This document shows, one piece after another, positions 9,801 to 16,225 of a stretch of DNA of 52,479 nucleotides. Made by a program: the position numbers and the translations under genes. Under the pieces are notes generated by a model. That model searched no databases. It was not told where the DNA came from and saw nothing but the letters and a program-made list of their open reading frames with translations. Positions within the stretch are counted from its first letter, which is position 1; each line of letters begins with the position of its first letter. The DNA comes from an uncultured bacterium (GTDB lineage: Bacteria > Myxococcota_A > UBA9160 > SMWR01), in contig CALDCK010000210.1 of the NCBI GenBank assembly GCA_937937315.1, positions 1 to 52,479 on the forward strand. Reading direction: 5' to 3'.

Positions 9801-11301
9801 TTCCGTTCTCATCCTTCCCGACGAGGAAGTCCCACCAGCTCTGTTCTTCGTACTCTCCCCGGCGCCTCTCGGCGGAGGAGGTGAGGAACTGCATCATGCG
9901 CAGGGAGAAGAGGAGGAGGTCCCGCACGGTGAGATCCAGGAGCTCCCCGCCCAGGTGCATGCGCATGAGCTCTCGCAGCTCCTCGAGGGAGCGCGCTCCT
10001 CGCACCGGCACGCGATGGGGGCGGCGCTGGTCCTCGAGCGCCACATCGACCACTTCGACCGCCTCGAGCTGATCGAAGGCGGTCCGACCCGTCTCGCGGC
10101 CCTGGGCGTCGAGGATCGGCGTTCGCTTCATCGTGTCGAAGAGGTGGCGGTAGAAGCCGGGGAAGAAGCGGTAGCCGTGTTCCCCGGGGATGTGGTGCTC
10201 GACGATGCGCAGCTCCACCCGGTTCGCCCGACGGCGCCCGATTCTTCGCCGCGGATTCCCGAGGCGCTCGGCGCCCCCGACGCCGACCAGCAGGATTCGC
10301 TTCTCCAGGTCGGGGATCGGGCCCCCCGCAGCTTCGTTGCGCGCCACGAGCTCCTGGCGCACCAGATCCGCCCACTCGAGGCTGAGCTCGCGGTCCTTCC
10401 CGGGCGCGCCATCTCCATCGGTATGTCCGCGGATCTCGAGCAGGAACTCCTCGCGGCGGCGCATCCGTTCGCTCAGCCCATCCGAGTCGAAGCCGCCCTT
10501 GTCCGTCTTCTTCTCGATGTTGGAGGCAACGTCCGCGGTATAGGACTGATACGCCTTCAGAAGAGCGGCCCAGATCTCGTCGAGCTTCTGGGAGTTCTTC
10601 GTGCAGTGCTCGTCCTCGATCTCCCGCCAGTCGCCGTCAGACATCGGTCGCTCGAACTGCAGACGCTGAGGCAGGGGGATGCGCGGATGGACCGGCTCCA
10701 TCACAGAGGCACGCAGATGGGCGAGGGTGGAGAGGCCCTCGTAGCGGATGATCGGATTCGAGGGGTCCGCCACTTCGACCGATATGCGCGCCACCTCGCC
10801 CGGGGTCTTCGACGTCACCAGCACCGCGGCACTTCCGTGGAGCTCCGCGTCGAAGCCGGCGCCGATCGCTCCGTCCCGGATCCTCTCCGCAGTCTTCTCC
10901 ATGCTCGATGGGTGGGTCGTGATCTCGAACTCGCCGTCACCGACCCGGACCTTCACCTGTTCCTCCCCCAGGTGGTCCACCCAGATCTGGATGCTTCGCG
11001 GGTCCGGATCCACGGCGTCCTCGCCGGCTTTGTCCTCCTCGCTGAAGAGATAGGGGTGCACCCGCTCGATCTCCGCGGGAACGCGGCCGACCTGGTTCGC
11101 CGCGAGTCCGCCGACTTCGCAGGAGTACTCGTCGTCCGGATCCGGCCGCGCCTCCACCACCTGCACCCCGAACCCGCGCTCCACCAGCTCGTGGGCCAGA
11201 GAGAGGCCGGTCACCCCTGCACCGAAGATGGTGACGATGGGGGCATGCCGGGTCTCCTTCTCTCGTGCGAGATCCACGTCGATCCAGGCGTCGATGGTCA
11301 T
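6841..11301 (-). CDS. 1,486-aa mosaic FAD/NAD(P)-binding oxidoreductase (amine-oxidase / CrtI-like core) with three large insertions, one of them OmpA-like
   Basis: Track ORF 6841..11460. ATG 11301 (MTIDAW..) overlaps the SCP2 gene stop as ATGA. The Rossmann dinucleotide motif is IVTIFGAGVTGLSLAHELVERGFGVQVVE..EVGG. Core blocks are PGEHGYRFFPGFYRHLFDTMKRTPI, DFYVMALPFDEV, LSGIQYYF, GHTYYPRAPWGLSSISQVAYW, TPFLINGPEVWKERPG and LSTMESANESARHAVASIL. There is no signal peptide or TM segment. Confidence 0.75.
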   Translation of the reverse strand: MTIDAWIDVDLAREKETRHAPIVTIFGAGVTGLSLAHELVERGFGVQVVEARPDPDDEYSCEVGGLAANQVGRVPAEIERVHPYLFSEEDKAGEDAVDPDPRSIQIWVDHLGEEQVKVRVGDGEFEITTHPSSMEKTAERIRDGAIGAGFDAELHGSAAVLVTSKTPGEVARISVEVADPSNPIIRYEGLSTLAHLRASVMEPVHPRIPLPQRLQFERPMSDGDWREIEDEHCTKNSQKLDEIWAALLKAYQSYTADVASNIEKKTDKGGFDSDGLSERMRRREEFLLEIRGHTDGDGAPGKDRELSLEWADLVRQELVARNEAAGGPIPDLEKRILLVGVGGAERLGNPRRRIGRRRANRVELRIVEHHIPGEHGYRFFPGFYRHLFDTMKRTPILDAQGRETGRTAFDQLEAVEVVDVALEDQRRPHRVPVRGARSLEELRELMRMHLGGELLDLTVRDLLLFSLRMMQFLTSSAERRRGEYEEQSWWDFLVGKDENGNARYHYSAEMADLLRTTPEALVAMGADETDARTQGAVYAQLLTDVMRDGSEANRTLNGPTSEAWLGHWKRYLQRQGVRFFVGELSKLEWHGDELLPIVTRKTHDCGDASLQIILVDPGTLELELNGLRTSMALEAGVSLAEATKRLARQIDEDLDLGIAVQMSEADLRAGRMRLTPRHTEDDVLLRIRRPAIDLRIQLFGLEVPIGPDLSLLSAREPLEDVAVQVLRGSFLVSPRPGEALLWIRSRAAGRYGAEIDGRRVEIEVEEEEAPLSTEDIRDRLLVEIADRVRHLQPNRAGETGIRLASEAEGEIVHVDVKRWRGRVGRGVDLRVDREAFPQLDVLRGDSLRIVTDDPAVGIVGASPEIPDEVYVEIDPGGGDPSPSSAGGGPDFYVMALPFDEVSRLVWQAHEDGAALDSPQQLDGCFAQMMGFEKATARRTDAGVELPLVRDVLGRPTPARYPLRDLSGIQYYFSHQVRIGRGHTYYPRAPWGLSSISQVAYWRERMSRRSAFLGQLSVDIGRFYARAPDRDDGSPAPAWHTSKQGLAEEVWRQITAGLDGVLSGKLSRPAYYHLDQAIEFEGEVGERKLGPDGAVVGVADEGAADHALAIEGQTYAITLTSGEDASDVPRLLAAKIDAGPRPFLAAPLPVNTGDGPAHRLLVAASAWGASAVIRVAGVAPVPYRIRIGSTPVIEMTPSGESEDEIRDAFVDGINDHVPGAIARAVEGARLHVDFASPDTMLSVLALDSLTHRLRIESGSSLRIRPVSATLSLENDEATPVRNATPFLINGPEVWKERPGLLSLLETTPVPMNLFWNPKSRIYYHLTRRRWLMAGNQMATLTRLSTMESANESARHAVASILHALLAPPTDPPTYNGQGTFFGDYPDFWDPEAHEFDDLAILRRLDGAVYDTKSGGVPLPHAFEILRLGEWVAGLPGDLMKDEFPGQISKLWGHVLGRLDEELGFTEGDEFVKTLRSLLDAFLKFDPS

Positions 11302-11741
11302 TGGGGGGCCTCTGCTGCGGGTTTCGGTGCGGCTGCGAGTCGGCTCACACGGAGCTCGGCGAGGAGCGCGGGAAGGGACGGGCAGCGGATTGCGCCGCCG
11401 AGGTAGCAGACGAGGGCCTCGTCGAAGCGCGTCACGGCGTCGGCGCTCCCCGTGAGCCACAGCCTCTCCTCGAGAAGGGCTTCCAGGAGCGACAGCTCCC
11501 CGTCCACCAGGTCGAGGATCGTGGTCCAGTCGGTGCGCAGGAACATCTCCTCTCGATGATCCGGCTCCCGAAGCGCATGACGGGAGCCCTCGAAGCGAAG
11601 CGCGACGGTCGGCCCGTCCACCTCGCAGCGCAGACCTCGGCGCCCCAGGGTCGAGGCCAGCTCAGCGTGGTGATCGGGCGCTTCGACCCGGAGGATCGTG
11701 AGGGAGCGGTCCAGGAATGCGGGGAAGTCAGGCTGCCGCAC
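11298..11741 (-). CDS. SCP2 (sterol/lipid carrier)-like small protein
   Basis: 147 aa. TDWTTILDLVDGELSLLEALLEERLWLTGSADAVTRFDEAL resembles the SCP2 C-terminal helix-strand pattern. The GTG start overlaps the upstream stop by 14 nt, and its stop overlaps the downstream ATG. Confidence 0.5.
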   Translation of the reverse strand: MRQPDFPAFLDRSLTILRVEAPDHHAELASTLGRRGLRCEVDGPTVALRFEGSRHALREPDHREEMFLRTDWTTILDLVDGELSLLEALLEERLWLTGSADAVTRFDEALVCYLGGAIRCPSLPALLAELRVSRLAAAPKPAAEAPQ

Positions 11742-12786
11742 GATTCATCTCCACCAGTCCCGGGCCCTCGAAGCACACCGGCTCTCCCCGGACCTGGCCC
11801 TCGACCCGGACCTCGGATCGCACCTCGGAGACGATCGTGGCACCGCGACCGACGTCGTTGGGAATCGCGACCTGGGCGAGATCCCCGAGCTCGAACTCGA
11901 TGTCGAGGGCGTCCGCACCCCGCCGCGCCTCGACCCGAATGCGAGCCGGCAGATCCGCCGCTCGCCCCGGCGAAACGAGGGACATGATCCGCGGCACCCG
12001 CAGCGCCCCACGCGTGGAGGTCCGACCCTCGGAGTGAACCGACAGCTCCGATCCGTGGAGCGTGCGGAGATGGCGATCGCCGCGCCAGAGCAGGACGCCC
12101 TGGGAGAGGGTGCGCAGGCGGCCGCGATCGGAGATGCGCTGGAATACCAGGGTCCACGGCACCGCCTCGTCGGCGAGCCCGATGCCCCACTCCCAGGAGA
12201 AGTCGCCGCCCCAGCGGAAGCTTCCCCAATCGTGATCGTGATAGGCGGGCGCCCGAACGAGCTCCCGGCGGCCCCCCCGCCAGACGACGGTCCCCGAGGC
12301 CTCGAGCCTCGGCACCACGAACCAGCGCATGCCGGGCCCGTCGGCGAGAGGGACGCTGGTCGTGAGCGCCGGTCGCGAGGCCAGCTCGAGCCGAAGCCTG
12401 GCGCGCAGCGCCTGGCGCCTCAGGGCCAGGTCGAGCTCGTAGGCGCCGTCCCGAAAGCGCAATCGGTTCGGGCCCAGGCGCAGGTCGACGCCCCCTTCGT
12501 CGATCTCGAGCGCCGAGGATGCGTAGGCGTCGACGTCGCCGGTCCAGTCGCCGCCCGGCTCACGCATCAGCACGGTGAGGCGCGGGGTCTCGATCGCGCC
12601 GAAAGCATCCATCAGGCTGAAGTTGATCAGCAGGTCGAGGTCCCGCCCGAAGATGCAGAAGTGGGACCACTCCTTGTGTCCCGCCGGCCCCCCGACCGAC
12701 GCCGGCGAGCGCCGCCAGTGATCCGCCTGAAGCACCAGGGCTCCGAGGGTCGCCGGGTCGATGGCGCGATGAGCGTGGAGATTCAT
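11728..12786 (-). CDS. 352-aa beta-rich protein, CrtC/AttH-like (lipocalin-type hydratase-like); function unproven
   Basis: Track ORF 11728..13122; only the part from ATG 12786 (MNLHAHRAIDP..) looks coding. The motif APAYHDHDWGSFRWGGDFSWEWG resembles the YHDxNWG..W.WG signature I associate with hydroxyneurosporene-synthase/AttH family proteins. Confidence 0.4.
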   Translation of the reverse strand: MNLHAHRAIDPATLGALVLQADHWRRSPASVGGPAGHKEWSHFCIFGRDLDLLINFSLMDAFGAIETPRLTVLMREPGGDWTGDVDAYASSALEIDEGGVDLRLGPNRLRFRDGAYELDLALRRQALRARLRLELASRPALTTSVPLADGPGMRWFVVPRLEASGTVVWRGGRRELVRAPAYHDHDWGSFRWGGDFSWEWGIGLADEAVPWTLVFQRISDRGRLRTLSQGVLLWRGDRHLRTLHGSELSVHSEGRTSTRGALRVPRIMSLVSPGRAADLPARIRVEARRGADALDIEFELGDLAQVAIPNDVGRGATIVSEVRSEVRVEGQVRGEPVCFEGPGLVEMNRAAA

Positions 12787-12814
12787 GGGAGCGGGTCCCG
12801 CTGGGGGTGGAGAC

Positions 12815-13129
12815 TCATCGGAGCAGATCCAGGCGGGCCGACGGCTCGCGTCGTGCCGCTTCGTCGACGGCTTCCTCCGGCTGGGGCGACCGGGCGAGCC
12901 AGACATCGACCCTCGCTCCGAGGGCGAGCAGTCCGAGCCAGGCGGCGATCTCCGGGGGCACCTGCGCGCCGTCGGCGGACACCGCCGACGGCCGCTCCTC
13001 CCGCGCCGATTCGCCGGGTGCCTCGCGCTCGATCCATTCGCGAATCCGCCGGGCCAGTGCCAGGGCGCCGAGGGCGAGGAGCAGCACCTCGTCCTCCTGG
13101 GGCGCCGGTCCATGCTGCTCATTCAGCAT
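12815..13129 (-). CDS. 104-aa hypothetical protein with two hydrophobic segments (possible small membrane protein)
   Basis: This is the tail of track ORF 12815..13696, starting at ATG 13129 (MLNEQHGPAPQEDEVLLLALGALALARRI..IAAWLGLLALGARVDVWL..). It has high GC3. It fills the gap between neighbouring genes exactly and overlaps the upstream stop by 11 nt. Confidence 0.45.
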   Translation of the reverse strand: MLNEQHGPAPQEDEVLLLALGALALARRIREWIEREAPGESAREERPSAVSADGAQVPPEIAAWLGLLALGARVDVWLARSPQPEEAVDEAARREPSARLDLLR

Positions 13130-13727
13130 CGCCCTCGCCTCCGGGTCCGCCGAAGAGGCGGTCGAGGATCGCGTCCGGATCGTCCGAGGACGCCGCCATG
13201 AAAAGCCCGTCCAGGTAGGCGGAGGGCAGGGGGCCATCGTCGCCCGCCTCCATCGAGCCGAGGGAGGCGATCTGCCAGACGATGCGCAGGTGGTGCAGGA
13301 GATCCGAGCCCTCCAGTCGACGCCTCCACGCCTGCCCGTCTTCGGTCTCCGCATAGCGTCGCCCCTCGGCCACGAGGGCCCGCACCGCGGACTGGGCGGC
13401 GGCGGGGTGGCGCAGGATCGTGCGCTGGAGCGCCCGAAGCATGGCGACGGTCTCATCGTCGCCCTCCCCGCTGTCGGGAAGCGGGGGCAGGAGCTCGTCC
13501 GCGATCCGATCTCCCATCTCAGCCTGAGCGGCGAGCCTCGACATCCGATCGAAGAACACCCGACGCGCTCCCTCGTAGCCCGGGCGCGCGCCGCTCCCGG
13601 AGCTCTCGACCCGATTGCGCTCATGCCGCTTGCGGAGCTCACCCACGAGGCGTTCGAGGGAGTCTCCGGCCTCCCGATCCGCACCTCGAAGCTCACGAAG
13701 CGCGCGCTGCAGCGTCCCCTCCTTCAT
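13119..13727 (-). CDS. 202-aa helical hypothetical protein
   Basis: Track ORF. Coding-like composition, ATGA overlap with the prenyl synthase stop, and no motif I recognise. Confidence 0.6.
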   Translation of the reverse strand: MKEGTLQRALRELRGADREAGDSLERLVGELRKRHERNRVESSGSGARPGYEGARRVFFDRMSRLAAQAEMGDRIADELLPPLPDSGEGDDETVAMLRALQRTILRHPAAAQSAVRALVAEGRRYAETEDGQAWRRRLEGSDLLHHLRIVWQIASLGSMEAGDDGPLPSAYLDGLFMAASSDDPDAILDRLFGGPGGEGDAE

Positions 13728-14851
13728 CGGTCGCGTGCCACCACGAAGTCCACGAGACCCTCCAGGAAGTCCCGGTGGACGGAGCCGGGAAGGCTTCCTC
13801 CGATCGCCTCGAAGGACCGCCGCGCGCGATCGGCGTGCCGACGCGCCACGACGCGTGCGTGGTCCACGCCACCGCTGCGAAGGACCAGGTCTCGCAGGAA
13901 GGCCACGTCCTCCCGGGACTTCACATCGGCCGATTTCCGGTCCTGTCGGTTCACCTCGCAGGGCCGCGAGCGCCCGAGGATGCGGAGCGCCTCGCGACGC
14001 GCCGCGGGGCTCGCCTGGCGGATTGCGTGGATCAGCAGGAGGGTGTGCTTCCCCTCCCAGAGATCACCGTCGATCTCCTTTCCGTAGCGAGATGCCTCGC
14101 CCACCAGGTTGAGCACGTCGTCCTGGATCTGGAAGGCGATGCCCAGGGGCGTCACGCACCGGGCGAGGACGGCGAGCTCCGGATCTCGAGCTCCCGCCGC
14201 GATGCCGCCGACCAGCACGGGAGCGAGGAACGTGTACCAGCACGTCTTCTTGTAGACCATGCGCAGATAGGCGCGATCCGTTGGGGACCAATCCGCGCGA
14301 CGCACCCAGTCGAGCTCCATCATCTGGCCCTCGGCGGATTCCCGGGCCATGCGCGCAACGACGCGCAGGATCCGCAGGGCTCGACCCAGCCCGACGAGCT
14401 CGATGTTCTCGAGCAGCGGCTCCATGGTGAGGGCGAGCATCCCGTCGCCCACGTTCACCGCGATGGGAACGCCGTGGAGCTGGTGCAGGGTCCGTTCGTT
14501 GCGCCGCAGGTCGGAGCCGTCCTCGACGTCGTCGTGGATCAGGAAGGCGTTGTGGTAGAGCTCGAGCACGGCAGAGGAGCGCAGCACCGACTCGAGATGT
14601 CCGCCCAGGGCTCGGCAGGTGGCGATGCAGAGGGCCGGCCGCAGGGCCTTCCCTCCCCGCATCGGGTAGTCGAGCATCAGCTCGTAGAGGAGCCCCCCGG
14701 CCCGCGCGTCCCGGGGCACGATCTCGCGGATCTCGTCGACGACGCGACCGCGACAATCCTCCATGTAGGCGAGGAGTCGGTCCGGATCTTCGGCTGGCGT
14801 ATCGCCAATCAGGGGGGGCTGCAGCATCGGGTCCCTCGCTGCTCGACCCAT
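13724..14851 (-). CDS. trans-polyprenyl diphosphate synthase (FPP/GGPP synthase family)
   Basis: First Asp-rich motif FLIHDDVEDGSDLRR, second Asp-rich motif FQIQDDVLN, and KALRPAL. AGGA lies upstream of ATG 14851. Only 11 nt separate it from the cyclase stop. Confidence 0.85.
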   Translation of the reverse strand: MGRAARDPMLQPPLIGDTPAEDPDRLLAYMEDCRGRVVDEIREIVPRDARAGGLLYELMLDYPMRGGKALRPALCIATCRALGGHLESVLRSSAVLELYHNAFLIHDDVEDGSDLRRNERTLHQLHGVPIAVNVGDGMLALTMEPLLENIELVGLGRALRILRVVARMARESAEGQMMELDWVRRADWSPTDRAYLRMVYKKTCWYTFLAPVLVGGIAAGARDPELAVLARCVTPLGIAFQIQDDVLNLVGEASRYGKEIDGDLWEGKHTLLLIHAIRQASPAARREALRILGRSRPCEVNRQDRKSADVKSREDVAFLRDLVLRSGGVDHARVVARRHADRARRSFEAIGGSLPGSVHRDFLEGLVDFVVARDR

Positions 14852-14862
14852 CTTATCCTGAA

Positions 14863-15975
14863 CTAGCCCAGACGGGGGATCGAGTTCGCTTCGATCTCAG
14901 ACGCGACGTAGAGCGTGAGGGGATCCGCCAGTCCTCGCACCGACACCCCGTCGCGTCGCGCGAAGTGCCGCGCCGCGTCACCGCTGGCGCTCCAGGTCGC
15001 CTCGTCGAGCGCGATCGGAACCCGAAGCTCTCGAGTCAGCGTCTGGAGCCTGGAGGCGAGGTTCGTGGTGCTCCCCACCGCGCTCCAGATCAGGCGATCC
15101 TCTGCCGCGATGTCGCCCACATATCCCCGACCGCTCGCCACGCCGACCCCGATCGAAGGGGTGTCGGGCAGCTCCGACTCCAGCCGCCGGACCAGCGGCG
15201 GAACGGCGAGGGCCAGCTTCAGGGCGGCCCGGGCCGCCGCGCCCTCTTTCGCCTCCAGCGGATCCGGAGCGCCGAAGACCGCCATCATGCCGTCGCCGTT
15301 GAACTCGACGATCGTTCCGCCGTGGCGCCGGATGATCGACGAAGCGCTTCGCACGTAGCGGTTCAGCAGACGGAAGACCTGGGAGCAGCGCAGCATCGAC
15401 GCGGTGGTGGTGTAGCCACGAACGTCCAGGAAGAGCACGGTGATATCCCGCTCTCCAGAGTCTTGACCGCGATCGGCCTGGATGCGATCGGAGATGGGCC
15501 CCGGCACGTACCGGCTGAGCTGCTCCACGTGCTGGTGCTCGTGTCGGGCGACCGCCTCGATCCGAAGTCGCTCCAGCTCCGCGGCGGCTGCATGCGCTGC
15601 GATCGTCAGCCAGCGCCGGTGCTCCAGGGACACGCGCGTGATGCCGCCGATACGCAGGACCCCGAGAGAGCGCTCGCCGCGCCGCAGTGGCACGAGCATT
15701 TCGCGACGGTCCAGGCACGCGTCCTCCCCATCGTCACCTCGGCAGGGGGCGCACTCGAGATAGGGGCCGACGCGGACCTCGGCCGAGCAGCCCTGCGCGG
15801 CGAGGAGATCCTCGGCGAACCCGACGAGGACCTCCCCCACCTCAGCCGCATGGCTGCACGCCGCCAGCGCGAGGAGCACGCTCGCGGGGTCCGCGCCGAC
15901 CCGGGGCGGCGAAGGCACCGAACGCTGGGACGTCCGCTCGAACGTTCCGAGGATCTCGCTCTGCGGGTCCAGCAT
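14863..15975 (-). CDS. GAF-like sensor domain fused to a class III adenylate/guanylate cyclase
   Basis: Track ORF 14863..16227. ATG 15975 (MLDPQSE..) has GGAGGAG 7 nt upstream. Cyclase motifs are ITVLFLDVRGYT, IVEFNGDGMMAVFGAP and GVASGRGYVGDI..SAVGSTTNLASRLQ. Confidence 0.8.
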   Translation of the reverse strand: MLDPQSEILGTFERTSQRSVPSPPRVGADPASVLLALAACSHAAEVGEVLVGFAEDLLAAQGCSAEVRVGPYLECAPCRGDDGEDACLDRREMLVPLRRGERSLGVLRIGGITRVSLEHRRWLTIAAHAAAAELERLRIEAVARHEHQHVEQLSRYVPGPISDRIQADRGQDSGERDITVLFLDVRGYTTTASMLRCSQVFRLLNRYVRSASSIIRRHGGTIVEFNGDGMMAVFGAPDPLEAKEGAAARAALKLALAVPPLVRRLESELPDTPSIGVGVASGRGYVGDIAAEDRLIWSAVGSTTNLASRLQTLTRELRVPIALDEATWSASGDAARHFARRDGVSVRGLADPLTLYVASEIEANSIPRLG

Positions 15976-16011
15976 GATCGATCTCCTCCACTTCCCCGAG
16001 ATGTGGAGTAG

Positions 16012-16027
16012 AGCAATCGCCATGCCA
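16012..16027 (-). promoter_or_regulatory. Sigma-54 (-24/-12) promoter TGGCATG-GCGA-TTGCT facing the cyclase/prenyl operon
   Basis: The minus strand reads TGGCATGGCGATTGCT, with GG and GC separated by exactly 10 nt. This matches the consensus TGGCACG-N4-TTGCW. The element ends about 37 nt upstream of the ATG at 15975, and a bEBP gene is encoded divergently. Confidence 0.6.
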
Positions 16028-16066
16028 TGCGCCTCTGGCGTCCTGAAGAGGCGACAGCCCCCCGGG

Positions 16067-16084
16067 CGTCCTCCGGAGAGGACG
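16067..16084. promoter_or_regulatory. Perfect inverted repeat CGTCCTC-CGGA-GAGGACG, with a third GAGGACGG half-site at 16110-16117; candidate activator-binding site
   Basis: Read directly. It lies 40-90 bp upstream of the -24 element, inside the 250-bp divergent intergenic region. Confidence 0.4.
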
Positions 16085-16225
16085 GTCGACCGGATCGGTG
16101 TCCGGCCTGGAGGACGGATCTGGCGGTGCGCAGGCCTCTCACGGAGCCATCGAGGCGGCGCGGCGCTTGCACTCCGCTCCATCGCAATGGCAAGCTCGAT
16201 CTCCATCTGGAAGAGGTCTCGCTTC

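Noticed and set aside
12785-14087. Plus-strand ORFs 12785..13201 and 12807..14087, and the upstream 112 aa of ORF 11728..13122
   Set aside because: They are Arg/Ser/Pro-rich with poor GC3 periodicity. The minus-strand small ORF (12815-13129) and the 202-aa ORF explain the region with proper coupling to their neighbours.
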